Assembly: GCA_965263295.1 (NCBI GenBank)
Contig: OZ253665.1
Coordinates: 2,112,001 to 2,176,000 of the forward strand
Direction: 5' to 3'
DNA: 64,000 bases
Source of the DNA: Spirochaetia bacterium
GTDB taxonomy: Bacteria > Spirochaetota > Spirochaetia > SP-2023
A program made the position numbers and the translations under genes. How positions within the stretch are numbered: the stretch's first letter is position 1; the number at the start of each line of letters is the position of its first letter. The notes below the pieces were generated by a model. That model saw only the letters and a list, made by a program, of their open reading frames with translations, was not told where the DNA came from and searched no databases. Shown piece after piece: positions 1 through 10,748 of the stretch.

Positions 1-88
1 ATTCCCCTGTCATAGTCAATATTTTGTATATTTCCACATTGATGATGATCACTATAAAGTCCCAATAGAAGTTCGCTGGTAAAATCAA

Positions 89-119
89 GGGGTTGATTAA
101 GTCAACCCCATATTTTTTT
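89..119. terminator. Probable bidirectional intrinsic terminator downstream of the symporter gene
   Basis: GGGGTTGA-ttaag-TCAACCCC hairpin, followed by ATATTTTTTT on + and TTGATTTT on -. Confidence 0.55.
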
Positions 120-207
120 CCCCCCCATACGGGACTTGCAGAGACCCGTATATTCAAGGGCTCAGAACTTTCCAATAATATTTTCTCAGGTCCGTCAGAG
201 AATTACG

Positions 208-1620
208 CTAATACTTTTCACTGGAACTCAGAACTAAATCATTAGAGTTATAGATTTGGCGATCTAAGGTTCCATTTCTCTTTGCCGTAAGCAGCCCCGA
301 AAGAATGGAGTCCGAAATATTAAGTGCCGTCCGGCCCATATCAATCAAAGCCTCCACTGATATCAAAATGGCGGCAATGTGAATATCTAGTCCCATGATG
401 GTCAGTACGGCAATGGCAGCAAACGTGGCGCCCCCTCCTACGCCGGCGATGCCAAAAGATGAGATGGCAATGACGGCCAGTAGATAAAGGATAAAACTAA
501 AATCGATGCTAACTCCCATTATTTGCGCAGACATAATGGCCAGCATGGCCGGGTAAATTCCGGCGCAACCGTTCTGGCCAATGCTGGCGCCAAAAGTAGC
601 CGACAAGTTTGCCGTTTCTTCATCGATGCCCAATCTGCCTGTCTGAGTTTCGATATTCAGCGGGATTGCGGCCATACTGGAGCGAGAACCAAATCCAAAT
701 ACTAAGACGGGCAGAGATTTTTTTACAAATTGAATTGGCGATAGGCGAAAGAGGCCAACCATCATCACATGAATGACATACATGGCCACAATTGCAGCAT
801 AGCTGGCCGCTAAAAAACGGCCAATTTCAGCCAGGGCAAACAAGCTATTTGTCATCATGAAACGAGTCATCAAGGCAAATACGCCGTATGGCGTCAATCT
901 CAAAATCCGGCGAACCATCGACAATACGACTTCTTTACTGGCATTAATAAGCTTAATAAGGGGCTGGACTTTTTCCGCTTTATGCTTCTTGACCTGAAGA
1001 ATACTATAGCCCAGGAACATAGAGAACAAGACCGTAGACAGGGTCGACGTCCTTTGTGAGCCAGTTAGCATGTCAAATAAATTTGCGGGGATGATAGAAA
1101 GCACCAAATGGGCCAGGCCACCGTCTAGCATGGAGGTCTGGGCCTTCATCAGTGCGGCGCCGCGCGCCTCGACGGCACTATTGGCACCAATGCTGTCGGC
1201 AATGGTATGGGCATCAATGCCAAATAAATAGATACTGGCCATACCAACGAGAGCTGCAATAGACACAGTCAAGATTAAAAAACCAATCACTTTAGGCGCA
1301 ATACGAGACAGAACATCCTTGCTCTCGACATTCATAATGGATGAAACCATGGCGACAAACACCAAGGGAATGACAAGCATCTGCAGTAATTTGACATATC
1401 CTCTGGCAAATACGGAAATAAATTGTGAAAACTCATCAATCACGTCATGGTTGATTCCATCAATTCCAAGGATAAGCTGGATGGCTCCACCAAATAACAA
1501 TCCGGCAAACAACGCATTTAGTACACGATAATTAAAACTTTTCCTTTGTCTTTTAAAAAACCATAACACGGCATAAAAACCTAAAAATATTATGCAAAGG
1601 ATAATGAGTGTGAAGCTCAT
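208..1620 (-). CDS. Dicarboxylate/amino acid:cation symporter, L-cystine transporter (TcyP-like)
   Basis: Multi-TM protein with SRSSMAAIP, GASIGQNGCAGIYPAM, SSFGIAGVGGGATFA and LIDMGRTALN motifs of the TcyP branch of the DAACS family; ATG at 1620 preceded by GGAGGT. Confidence 0.85.
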   Translation of the reverse strand: MSFTLIILCIIFLGFYAVLWFFKRQRKSFNYRVLNALFAGLLFGGAIQLILGIDGINHDVIDEFSQFISVFARGYVKLLQMLVIPLVFVAMVSSIMNVESKDVLSRIAPKVIGFLILTVSIAALVGMASIYLFGIDAHTIADSIGANSAVEARGAALMKAQTSMLDGGLAHLVLSIIPANLFDMLTGSQRTSTLSTVLFSMFLGYSILQVKKHKAEKVQPLIKLINASKEVVLSMVRRILRLTPYGVFALMTRFMMTNSLFALAEIGRFLAASYAAIVAMYVIHVMMVGLFRLSPIQFVKKSLPVLVFGFGSRSSMAAIPLNIETQTGRLGIDEETANLSATFGASIGQNGCAGIYPAMLAIMSAQIMGVSIDFSFILYLLAVIAISSFGIAGVGGGATFAAIAVLTIMGLDIHIAAILISVEALIDMGRTALNISDSILSGLLTAKRNGTLDRQIYNSNDLVLSSSEKY

Positions 1621-2163
1621 AACAATTACCTCCAATCCCTCTCATTATTTACCAAATGGAAAAGCCAGACTTTTAAGTTTGAACTTAAAATTAGCCCCCA
1701 ATTAACCCCAAATTAACCCAAAACTAACCTACGGATAAGAGCAGATTATATTCCAGATTAATATATTTCAGAACATTTTTTCAGGATACATATGAAAGCT
1801 ATTTTTTAATATTACAGAAAAATTTATTCAGAATCTACTATATCAAAAAATTTGTGATAATTAGAGTTATACATTATTGACAAAGATTAATCAAGAATAA
1901 GTTTGGGGCAAAATACCCCCTAAGCTCCATTGAAAAATATCTTTGTACTAACGGCATCAAAAACAAAAAAATTAAAGAAAGCTCCCTGTCCCCCCACGGC
2001 TCCTCTGTCTACCTTTCGTGAGCTTTCGCAGTCTTCGTGCCTGTCGTGTTTATGGAGCCAGGGAACCGATGAAAGGGTACCACGAAAGGCTTGCAAGGTA
2101 TGGCTAGGCGTGCTTGATTCCCGCTATAATTGGGATATCTGATAATAACAAGGACAATGTATC

Positions 2164-4521
2164 ATGGCGCAGTTTTCCATTCGGGGTGTGCGGGGTGTGC
2201 GGGCGGGAACGCCAGCCAGGCTGGGGGCCTGGCCGAATGACGGTGGCGTGAATTTCTGCCTGTACAGCTCTCAGGCTACGGGCGTCACGCTGCACCTGTT
2301 TGACCGCGAAGCCGACAGGACACCTAGCCAGAGCATTCCGTTGCCGGCCAAAGTGCATCGCACGGGCGACCGCTGGCACGTGCAGGTTGAAGGCTGCCAG
2401 GCCGGCCAGCTCTATCTTTACAGCGTGGCGGGGCGGTATTTGCCGCGCACGGGCGCGCGCTGCAACCGCCACAAATATTTGCAGGACCCTTACGCCCGGG
2501 CCGTCTGCGCGACGCCGGCCATCTACCACCACAGCGCCGCCTATCGCGCCGCTTATGGCTTTGACCCCGGCTTTGATCGTGGCTCTGGCTACGGTTTTGA
2601 GTGCGGGCAAGACCGGCAGTCAGGGCAATGGCAAGCGGGGAGCGGGGAGCGGGAAGAAGCGGACCTGAGTTACTCTGAGCAAAGCAATATTGACTTGCAG
2701 GCCAAATGCATTGTCGTCGACGATGCATTTGACTGGGAAGGCGACCGCCCGCTGAACTATCCCCTGGCCGACTGTGTGATTTACGAGGCCCACCTGAAGG
2801 GCATGACGCAGAATTGCCCATACCAAAATCCAGGCACCTATCTCGGCGTGATTGAGCACATTCCCTATTTGCGCAAGCTCGGTGTCAGCAGCCTAGAGTT
2901 TCTGCCATTGATGGGCTTTTCTCCCTACGATTATTCGGAGCGCCGCGACCCGCAAAGCGGCAAGCCCCTGGGACTGGGCAACTACTGGGGCTACAACACC
3001 CACAATTTCTTTGCGCCGGCGCCCCACTACGCGGCTTCTACTGCCGCCGGCGCGGCGTTGACCGAATTTAAAACGATGGTCCGAGCCCTGCATCGGGCCG
3101 GTATCGAAATTATTCTGGACGTGGTATTTAATCACAGTGGCGAGGCCGATGAGCTGGGGCCAACGCTGTCCTTCCGCGGACTGGACAACCAGACCTATTA
3201 CATCCTGGACGAAAATCCGCGCTTCTATGCCAAGCAGAGCGGATGTGGCAATGTCATGAATTGCAATCACCCAGTTGTGCGCGAGCTGATTGTCGATTGC
3301 CTGCGCTACTGGGTACTGGAAATGCACGTCGACGGTTTCCGCTTTGACCTGGCCAGTATTTTGCGCCGCGGCCAGGACGCCGCGCTGATCCCCGCGGCAT
3401 TCAGCGTCGTCGAGGCCCTGAGTCAGGACAGCGTACTGGCGCAGACCAAACTCCTGGCCGAACCTTGGGACGCGGGCGGAGCCTACCTGCTGGGCGACTT
3501 TGCCCAGACTAACCGCGGCCAGGCGCGCTGGGCGGAATGGAACGATCGGTACCGCGACGACATTCGCCGCTTCTGGTGTGCCAGCCTCGGCGCCGCGCAA
3601 CTGGCCACGCGCCTGGCCGGCAGCTCGGACATCTTTTGGCGGCCGCGGCAGCGGCCGTATCACAGCCTGAACTTCCTCAGCTGTCACGACGGTTTTACCC
3701 TGCGGGATCTGTTTAGCTACAACGACAAGCACAATTGGGCCAACGGCGAGCAAAATCGCGACGGCCACAACAATAACTTCAATCGCAATTATGGCTGCGA
3801 GGGCCCCGCAGAGCCGCACCAAAAAGGCGCGGAAATTGCCAGCTTGCGTTGCCGCATGGTGAAAAATCATCTGGCGACCCTGCTGCTGAGTGCCGGCACG
3901 CCGATGCTACTGGCCGGCGATGAGCTGGGCAACACGCAGCTGGGCAACAATAACGCCTACTGCCAGGACAATCAGCTCGGCTGGCTGCAGTACGACGAGA
4001 CCCAGCTGCGCGAACCGGGCGGCGATCCCGAATTCACAGCTTACGCCAGTTTGCAACGCTTTGCCGCGCAGCTGATCGCGCTGCGCCGCCGTTTCCCCCT
4101 GCTGCTGCGGCACGAATTCTTTCGCGCGCGCGAAATCCGCTGGTACGGCCTGCGCCACGATATGCTGTGCGAACTGCAAAACACCGAAGACTGGAATAGC
4201 CAGCCAGCCTGTCTAGCCCTATTGCTGGATGGCTCTCTGCTGCCGGCGGATACCGGTCACAACGACAGCCCCAGCTTGTTTTGCGTGTTTAACGCCAGTT
4301 CCCGCTTGTTAAATTTTCCCCTGCCGGGCAAGCCATGCACTCAAAGTCCCTACAGTTACGGCCACTGGCATTGCATTGTCGACACCCAGCTGAGCGCTCC
4401 GGCGGATATTCGTTTGCCCTTTGGCCCCTATGCCGTCAGCGAGGCCGAACTGCAAAGTGCAATTGTCCTGGGGAATCGCTATCCCGTCGCCGCACGGTCG
4501 AGCGTGTTGTTAATGGGCTAG
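2164..4521 (+). CDS. glgX: Glycogen debranching enzyme / isoamylase (GH13)
   Basis: NYWGYNT, DVVFNH, DGFRFDLA (nucleophile), AEPWD (acid/base), CHDGFTL and GNNNAYCQDN motifs. Confidence 0.93.
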   Translation: MAQFSIRGVRGVRAGTPARLGAWPNDGGVNFCLYSSQATGVTLHLFDREADRTPSQSIPLPAKVHRTGDRWHVQVEGCQAGQLYLYSVAGRYLPRTGARCNRHKYLQDPYARAVCATPAIYHHSAAYRAAYGFDPGFDRGSGYGFECGQDRQSGQWQAGSGEREEADLSYSEQSNIDLQAKCIVVDDAFDWEGDRPLNYPLADCVIYEAHLKGMTQNCPYQNPGTYLGVIEHIPYLRKLGVSSLEFLPLMGFSPYDYSERRDPQSGKPLGLGNYWGYNTHNFFAPAPHYAASTAAGAALTEFKTMVRALHRAGIEIILDVVFNHSGEADELGPTLSFRGLDNQTYYILDENPRFYAKQSGCGNVMNCNHPVVRELIVDCLRYWVLEMHVDGFRFDLASILRRGQDAALIPAAFSVVEALSQDSVLAQTKLLAEPWDAGGAYLLGDFAQTNRGQARWAEWNDRYRDDIRRFWCASLGAAQLATRLAGSSDIFWRPRQRPYHSLNFLSCHDGFTLRDLFSYNDKHNWANGEQNRDGHNNNFNRNYGCEGPAEPHQKGAEIASLRCRMVKNHLATLLLSAGTPMLLAGDELGNTQLGNNNAYCQDNQLGWLQYDETQLREPGGDPEFTAYASLQRFAAQLIALRRRFPLLLRHEFFRAREIRWYGLRHDMLCELQNTEDWNSQPACLALLLDGSLLPADTGHNDSPSLFCVFNASSRLLNFPLPGKPCTQSPYSYGHWHCIVDTQLSAPADIRLPFGPYAVSEAELQSAIVLGNRYPVAARSSVLLMG

Positions 4522-4717
4522 CTGACTTCATTAACTTGAATTCATCGACTTGACTTCATCGGCTCGCTTTGCAAAATATCCCCCCGATGCCCCGATGCAC
4601 GGATTTCCATAAATTCTTTTATAGATCACTTGGCTTTTCTTCTTCGCGGCCAGGACTTCTCAATTCCTTTGCCACTGGTTTCCTCGGCCTTTGTGACTTG
4701 ATTGTGCCAGCGTCTTT

Positions 4718-4733
4718 TGGCACAAAAATTGCT
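4718..4733 (+). promoter_or_regulatory. Sigma-54 (-24/-12) promoter motif upstream of the dipeptide ABC operon
   Basis: TGGCAC-AAAAA-TTGCT exactly matches TGGCAC-N5-TTGCW, about 105 nt upstream of the dppA ATG and in the sense orientation. Confidence 0.7.
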
Positions 4734-4839
4734 TTATCCCCGGATTCCTGTTTGGATTTTACTTTCGTTCTTTTGCTCGGTGCAGAGCGTAAAAATTAAT
4801 TTTGGCGTTTAAATGACGTTAAACAACTAGGAGGAGATA

Positions 4840-6501
4840 ATGAAAAATTATTCTCGAAACGATGTCCATAAAAATTCCCATGGCGTTTTTCACGGCGACT
4901 TGCATGCCGCAACTTGGCATTACTTGCTGCCGCTGTTGGCCGCGGCCTTGCTGGTTTTGCAGTCTTGCAGCGGCCAGAAAGAAGCCAGCTCTGGCGGCTC
5001 AGAAGCTGGCGCCAGCTCTTTTTTCTATGGTAAACCCGCCGATGCCGTGGGCCTGGACCCCGCGCGCGAGACCGATGGCGAATCCTTTATGGTAACCGAC
5101 GAAATCTACGAGGGTCTGGTCGGTTTTAAACCGGGTACGACAGAAGTTGAGCCGGTTTTGGCCGAGTCTTACGATATTTCCGCGGATAGCCTGACCTATA
5201 CGTTCAAGCTGCGCGAGGGTGTCAAATTCCACGACGGTAGCGATTTCAATGCCGACGCCGCAGCCTTTGCGTTTGAGCGCCAGTTTCAGCCCGATCATCC
5301 GGGCCATGAGTATGGGCCCTGGAAGTACTGGCATGCCATGGCCTTTGATGAGCTGATTGACTCGGTGAGCACCGAGGGTGAATATACATTTGTCATCCGT
5401 TTAAAGCAGCCGGCGGCTTCTTTTCTGGCAACCTTGGCGATGGATTTTATCCGCATTCCTTCGCCGGCAGCTGTCCTCAAGTACAAGGACGACTTCACCA
5501 ACCATCCCGTAGGTACCGGCGCGTATCAGTTTGTTTCCTGGAAAAAGGGCGACTCCATTGTCCTGAAGGCTTTTGATGGATACTGGGGCGAGCAGGCTAA
5601 TGTCGAAAATGTATTTTTTCGCGTGATTCCTGAGCCGACAGCCCGCGCTCTGGCTCTGCAAAATGGTGAAATAGATGCCTTTACGTATCCGGCAATGGAT
5701 GACATCCCTGCTCTACGCGAAAATCCAGATATCGACTTTTATGAAACTAGTGGCCTGAATGTGGGTTACCTGGCCATGAATAATGAAAAGAAGCCATTTG
5801 ATGATGTTCGGGTGCGTCAGGCGATCAATTACGCGATTGACAAAGACGATATCATCAAGGCCGTGTATGGTGAACTCGGTCAAGCCGCTGACGCGCCGAT
5901 CCCGCCGATCATGTGGGCCTTTAAGTCTGACATCAAGAAATACGAGTACAACCCGGAAAAAGCGAGGGACTTGCTCGCCGCGGCGGGCCTGGCCGATGGT
6001 TTTGAGACGGAAATGCTGGCCCTGCCGGTGGCTCGCCCTTATATGCCGCAGGGGCAGAAGGTCGCCGAAATCGTGCAGCAGCAGTTGGCCGACGTTGGAA
6101 TCCAGGCCGGGATCACGACGCTGGAGTGGGGCGCCCATCTTGAGAAACTCGACCAGGGAGACTTTGAAATGGCCTTTCTGGGCTGGAAGGGGGACAATGG
6201 CGATCCGGACAACTTCCTCGGCGTGTTGCTGGCCGCAGACCGCGCTGTGGTTCCCGCTTCAAACATTGCATTCTGGAAAAACGAGGAATTCACCGATTTG
6301 ATCCGCCGCGCCCACCAGATCAGCGATCAGGAAGAGCGCAAGAAATTGTATTTTGCAGCCCAAGATATTTTTGCCGAAGAGGCGCCCTGGGTGACTATCG
6401 CCAACTCCAAACTGATCGTGCCGCACAAGAAGACGGTTAAGAACTTGATTGTCAGTCCAGTTGGCGGGGCAAGCAATATCAAGCATGTCGTTATCGAATA
6501 A
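4840..6501 (+). CDS. dppA: Peptide ABC transporter substrate-binding lipoprotein (DppA-like, family 5)
   Basis: Lipobox-like LVLQSC; LAESYDISADSLTYTFKLREGVKFHDG family-5 signature; PVGTGAY; GWKGDNGDPDNFL; GGAGGAG RBS. Confidence 0.9.
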   Translation: MKNYSRNDVHKNSHGVFHGDLHAATWHYLLPLLAAALLVLQSCSGQKEASSGGSEAGASSFFYGKPADAVGLDPARETDGESFMVTDEIYEGLVGFKPGTTEVEPVLAESYDISADSLTYTFKLREGVKFHDGSDFNADAAAFAFERQFQPDHPGHEYGPWKYWHAMAFDELIDSVSTEGEYTFVIRLKQPAASFLATLAMDFIRIPSPAAVLKYKDDFTNHPVGTGAYQFVSWKKGDSIVLKAFDGYWGEQANVENVFFRVIPEPTARALALQNGEIDAFTYPAMDDIPALRENPDIDFYETSGLNVGYLAMNNEKKPFDDVRVRQAINYAIDKDDIIKAVYGELGQAADAPIPPIMWAFKSDIKKYEYNPEKARDLLAAAGLADGFETEMLALPVARPYMPQGQKVAEIVQQQLADVGIQAGITTLEWGAHLEKLDQGDFEMAFLGWKGDNGDPDNFLGVLLAADRAVVPASNIAFWKNEEFTDLIRRAHQISDQEERKKLYFAAQDIFAEEAPWVTIANSKLIVPHKKTVKNLIVSPVGGASNIKHVVIE

Positions 6502-7525
6502 GAAGCGCATTCTGCATTACTCCCTGCAGCGCTTGCTGCAGATGCCGCTGCTGCTGCTTGGGGTCGCGGTCCTGGTCGCCCTGATGATCGCGCTGATTCC
6601 GGGAGATGCCGCGCGGATTATGCTGGGCACCAGGGTCAGCGAGCAGGCCCTGGCCCAATTGCGCCACGAGTTGGGGCTGGATCAACCGCTGTACGTCCAG
6701 CTGCTGCTCTATTTAAAAAAATTGCTGCAACTGGATTTGGGCCGGTCCATATCTTCGCATCGGCCGGTGTTTGAAGAAATCCGTTCCTTCTTTCCGGCGA
6801 CGCTTGAGCTTTCGTTTATGGCCATCATCTTTGCGACCGTTTTCGGTATCTGCCTGGGCATTGTGGCGGCCTTGAACCGCAACCGCTGGCCCGACTATTC
6901 GACTTCGACGCTGTCGTTGCTGGGGGTGTCGATGCCGATTTACTGGCTGGGCCTGATCATGATTATGTTCTTTTCGGTGCAGTTGAAACTCTTTCCGACC
7001 GGCGGGCGCATCAATCTGCGCCTGTTTTTTGAGCCAATCACAAATTATTATGTGCTGGATGGCTTCATCGTATTATTCCGCGATGGCGATGGCCGCATAT
7101 TGCTCAGTGCCTTGCATTACCTGCTGTTGCCCGCCATTACTCTGGGGCTTTTACCGATGGCTATTATTTCGCGCATTACGCGCACGTCCATGCTGGAGGT
7201 CCTGGGCCAGGACTACATTCAAACGGCCCGGGCCATGGGTTATTCGCGCTTTCACATAGTCTTTAAATATGCCTTGAAAAATGCCTTGATGCCCATCATT
7301 ACGGTGATCGGAACTCAATTCGGCGTCCTTTTGTCCGGCGCCATCCTGACCGAGTCGATTTTTGCCTGGCCGGGGCTGGGCCGCTGGATTTATCATTCTA
7401 TCAGCGCGCGCGATTTTCCCGCGATCCAGGGCGGGGTGCTGGTCATTGCCGTATCGTTTCTGTTGATCAACTTTGTGGTCGACCTGCTCTACGTGGCGGT
7501 CAATCCCAAGGTTAAACTATCTTAG
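6485..7525 (+). CDS. dppB: Peptide ABC transporter permease
   Basis: IPGDAARIMLG, LGLDQPLYVQ, FPATLEL, SMLEVLGQDYIQTARAMG, ESIFAWPGLG; the start overlaps the dppA end. Confidence 0.9.
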   Translation: MSLSNKKRILHYSLQRLLQMPLLLLGVAVLVALMIALIPGDAARIMLGTRVSEQALAQLRHELGLDQPLYVQLLLYLKKLLQLDLGRSISSHRPVFEEIRSFFPATLELSFMAIIFATVFGICLGIVAALNRNRWPDYSTSTLSLLGVSMPIYWLGLIMIMFFSVQLKLFPTGGRINLRLFFEPITNYYVLDGFIVLFRDGDGRILLSALHYLLLPAITLGLLPMAIISRITRTSMLEVLGQDYIQTARAMGYSRFHIVFKYALKNALMPIITVIGTQFGVLLSGAILTESIFAWPGLGRWIYHSISARDFPAIQGGVLVIAVSFLLINFVVDLLYVAVNPKVKLS

Positions 7526-7625
7526 GCCGCCGAAGGGCCAAGTAAAAGGCTCAAGCAAAGAGCCAATTCAAAGCACAATTAAAGGTAAACTTTTCAAGGC
7601 CCAAGATTTACGCCGGGGGAAATTC

Positions 7626-8555
7626 ATGCCAATACAAGCTACCGACATACTAGAAGCCCAATGCACGCCCCAGAGTGAGGGGGTGGAAAATAACGACCTG
7701 GTTGTGCTGGATCCACACCCATTGCGAGAGTTTCTGCAGCACTTCGTGCGCAACCGTTCGGCCATGATCGGCCTGGCCATCCTTTTTCTATTTTTCTTAC
7801 TCGCTCTTCTGGCCCCCTTGCTGACGCCTTACACGCCGTTTGAGCAGGACAGCTCGGCCCTGAAATTAAAGCCTTTTAGCCCCGGACACTTTTTGGGCAC
7901 CGATGACCTGGGCCGCGACTTGTTTACCCGCATTGCTTATGGTGGGCGCATTTCTCTGAGCATCGGTTTTTTCTCCACATCGATCGCACTGTTTTTTGGT
8001 GGGCTGTTTGGCCTCGTTGCCGGTTTTTTGGGCGGCTGGCTGGATCGTCTGTTGATGCGGCTGGCGGATATACTGCTGTCTTTCCCGTACATCCTCTTGG
8101 CCATCATCATCGTGACCGTCCTCGGACCTTCGCTGGTGAATGCCATGATCGCGATATCCATTTCTTCCATGCCGATCTACGCCCGCCTGATGCGCTCCTC
8201 GGTCTTGTCTGTCAAAGAAGAGGAGTATGTCCTGGCCGAGCGCTCGCTAGGGGCCTCCACGGCATCACTCATGTTTGTCACGGTGCTACCCAACAGCATC
8301 ACGCCAATGATTGTGCAGGCCACTTTGGGCATAGGCAATGCCATTCTCAGCTCCGCGGCCTTGTCTTTTATTGGTTTGGGTGCGCAGCCGCCCAACCCAG
8401 AATGGGGGCTGATGATCGCCTCGTCGCGCCAGTTTGTCACCACGGCCAGCTGGATCGTTCTGTTTCCGGGCTTGGCGACAATGCTGGCCGTTTTTGGCTT
8501 TAACCTCCTGGGCGATGGCATCCGCGACCTGCTGGATCCACGCCTGAAAAAATAA
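7626..8555 (+). CDS. dppC: Peptide ABC transporter permease
   Basis: HFLGTDDLGRDLFTRI, EEYVLAERSLG (EAA loop), LSFIGLGAQPPNPEWG, NLLGDGIRDLLDP. Confidence 0.9.
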   Translation: MPIQATDILEAQCTPQSEGVENNDLVVLDPHPLREFLQHFVRNRSAMIGLAILFLFFLLALLAPLLTPYTPFEQDSSALKLKPFSPGHFLGTDDLGRDLFTRIAYGGRISLSIGFFSTSIALFFGGLFGLVAGFLGGWLDRLLMRLADILLSFPYILLAIIIVTVLGPSLVNAMIAISISSMPIYARLMRSSVLSVKEEEYVLAERSLGASTASLMFVTVLPNSITPMIVQATLGIGNAILSSAALSFIGLGAQPPNPEWGLMIASSRQFVTTASWIVLFPGLATMLAVFGFNLLGDGIRDLLDPRLKK

Positions 8556-8568
8556 GGCAGGCCCTTCC

Positions 8569-9726
8569 ATGAATTCTATTGAGCCACAGACTGCGGGAGC
8601 CCCAGCCCTGCTGGAAATTCAAAATCTGTCTATCTCCTTTCAAACCTTGAGGGGGCGTGTGAGGGTGCTCCGCGACCTGTCACTGAAGGTGCGCAAGGGT
8701 GAAATCTTTGCCATTATCGGCGAGTCGGGTTGCGGTAAATCCGTGACCGCGAAATCCATCAATTGCATACTGCCCAAGGAGGCAACGTGCATTGAAAGTG
8801 GCAAAATTCTGCTGCAAGGCAGCAATTTGCTGGAATACAATGAAAAGCAAATGCGCGGGGTGCGCGGTTCAAGGATTTCCATGATTTTTCAGGAGCCCAT
8901 GACTTCACTGAATCCGACCTTTACCGTCGGTCAACAACTGATGGATGTATTTGTCGCCAAGCAGAGATTGCGCCGGTCCGAGGCACGGCGCAAGGCCATT
9001 GAAGTCCTGCAAAAGGTGCATATTCCGTCGCCGGAGCTGCGCCTGCACAATTATCCCCATGAGATGTCCGGCGGCATGCAGCAGCGCGTGATGATTGCCA
9101 TGGCCTTGGCTGCGCCCGCGCCGGCCCTGTTGATTGCCGATGAGCCGACGACCGCCCTGGATGTGACGATTCAGGCGCAGATACTGGCCTTGCTCTGTGA
9201 GTTGCGCGATCAAATGGGCCTGACGATTTTATTGATTACCCACGACATCGGCCTGGTGGTTCAGTATGCCGACCGCATGGCCGTGATGTATTGCGGCAAA
9301 AAAGTCGAGGAAGGCCGAATAGAAGATGTCTTTGCCCAGCCGCGTCACCCTTATACCCGGGGCCTGCTCCAGTCCTTGCCGGGTAAGCGCCAGATGCCAG
9401 CTGAAAAAGAAAATACTGTTCGCGGCAACGGCAAGCGCCGCCTGCATTCGATCAGCGGCTCGGTGCCCGACCTGCGCAGCCTGCGCGGAGGCTGTCCGTT
9501 TTATAGCCGCTGCGAGTTCTTCGCGGCGGACTGCCTGCACCATTTCCCGCAGGAGACGCTTATTCGCCATGCTGAGGCCTCCGAGGCCAGAGGCTATGAC
9601 GCGGACGGGGCCGGCAGCGCCGAAGCGCACGTGGTGTATTGCCACCATGTACGGCGGAGTCTAAAGCCTTTACAAATGCCAGAACAAGAGACAAGACAAG
9701 ATCAGAAGCCAGGAGGCCCCTCATGA
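8569..9726 (+). CDS. dppD: Peptide ABC transporter ATP-binding protein
   Basis: Walker [32 protein letters not shown]-terminal Cys cluster. Confidence 0.9.
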   Translation: MNSIEPQTAGAPALLEIQNLSISFQTLRGRVRVLRDLSLKVRKGEIFAIIGESGCGKSVTAKSINCILPKEATCIESGKILLQGSNLLEYNEKQMRGVRGSRISMIFQEPMTSLNPTFTVGQQLMDVFVAKQRLRRSEARRKAIEVLQKVHIPSPELRLHNYPHEMSGGMQQRVMIAMALAAPAPALLIADEPTTALDVTIQAQILALLCELRDQMGLTILLITHDIGLVVQYADRMAVMYCGKKVEEGRIEDVFAQPRHPYTRGLLQSLPGKRQMPAEKENTVRGNGKRRLHSISGSVPDLRSLRGGCPFYSRCEFFAADCLHHFPQETLIRHAEASEARGYDADGAGSAEAHVVYCHHVRRSLKPLQMPEQETRQDQKPGGPS

Positions 9727-10742
9727 CGAGTCTGCGAGAGGGCGAGACTTTGCTGGAAATCAAAAACTTGTGCAAGAGTTTTCCAGTGCACACAGACAGT
9801 GGAACCAAGACGCTGCACGCCTTGTCCGGAGTCAACCTGACGCTGCGCAAAGGTGAGGTCTTGAGCGTGATCGGTGAGTCCGGCTGTGGCAAGACCACGC
9901 TGGGCAAGCTGGCATTGCGCCTGCTGGAAGCCAGCAGCGGCGAACTGGCATTCCACGGGCGCGACGTAATGGCAATGGATGCGCGCGAACTCAAGGATTT
10001 CCGCCGCAAGGCCCAGATGGTGTTCCAGAACCCCTTTGCCGCCTTAAACCCCCGGCGCACTATTGAATCTACGATTATGCAGCCGATGAAAATCCACTAC
10101 AAGTGGAGTTCGCGCGAAATAAAGCAGCGGGTGGACGGCTTGCTTGAGGATGTGGGGATCTCGCCCCATTACAAAAAGCGTTACCCCCACCAGTTTTCCG
10201 GCGGCCAACGCCAGCGCATTAATATTGCCCGCGCCCTGGCCAGCAAACCCGAATTTATTGTCTGCGATGAAGCCGTGTCAGCTCTGGATGTGTCCGTGCA
10301 GGCCCAGGTACTGAATCTTTTGCTCGATTTACAGGACAAGTACCATTTGACGTACTTGTTTATTTCTCACGATTTGGGAACGGTGGAATTTATCTCGGAT
10401 CGCATTTGCGTCATGTATCTGGGAAAGATGGTGGAGTTTGCCCGCAACGAGGATTTGACTGCGAACTGCCGCCATCCTTACAGCCGCATGCTCTACGATT
10501 CGCATCCAGAGGCCTCCATCGAGGCCCGCGCCCGGCGCACAAGTGACAACTACCTGTTCTTGCCGAGCGACATCCCCTCGCCACTGGATTTACCGCAGGG
10601 CTGCGCATTTCAGTCGCGCTGCCCCCGCTTCAAAGCCGCCAGCGCCGCCGAACAGGCTCTGTGTCGCCAGCGGGAACCAGCTTTGCGCAATTTGGGCAGT
10701 CAACAAGCACCCCACTTTTGCGCCTGCCACTTCGCCGGCTGA
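9723..10742 (+). CDS. dppF: Peptide ABC transporter ATP-binding protein
   Basis: GESGCGKT, YPHQFSGGQRQR, CDEAVSALD; ATGA overlap with the dppD stop. Confidence 0.9.
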   Translation: MTSLREGETLLEIKNLCKSFPVHTDSGTKTLHALSGVNLTLRKGEVLSVIGESGCGKTTLGKLALRLLEASSGELAFHGRDVMAMDARELKDFRRKAQMVFQNPFAALNPRRTIESTIMQPMKIHYKWSSREIKQRVDGLLEDVGISPHYKKRYPHQFSGGQRQRINIARALASKPEFIVCDEAVSALDVSVQAQVLNLLLDLQDKYHLTYLFISHDLGTVEFISDRICVMYLGKMVEFARNEDLTANCRHPYSRMLYDSHPEASIEARARRTSDNYLFLPSDIPSPLDLPQGCAFQSRCPRFKAASAAEQALCRQREPALRNLGSQQAPHFCACHFAG

Positions 10743-10748
10743 TCGGTC

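Noticed and set aside
2893..3870. Long antisense or alternate-frame ORFs (also 37360-38226, 54433-55272, 55390-56316)
   Set aside because: Shadows of well-supported genes, expected from codon bias
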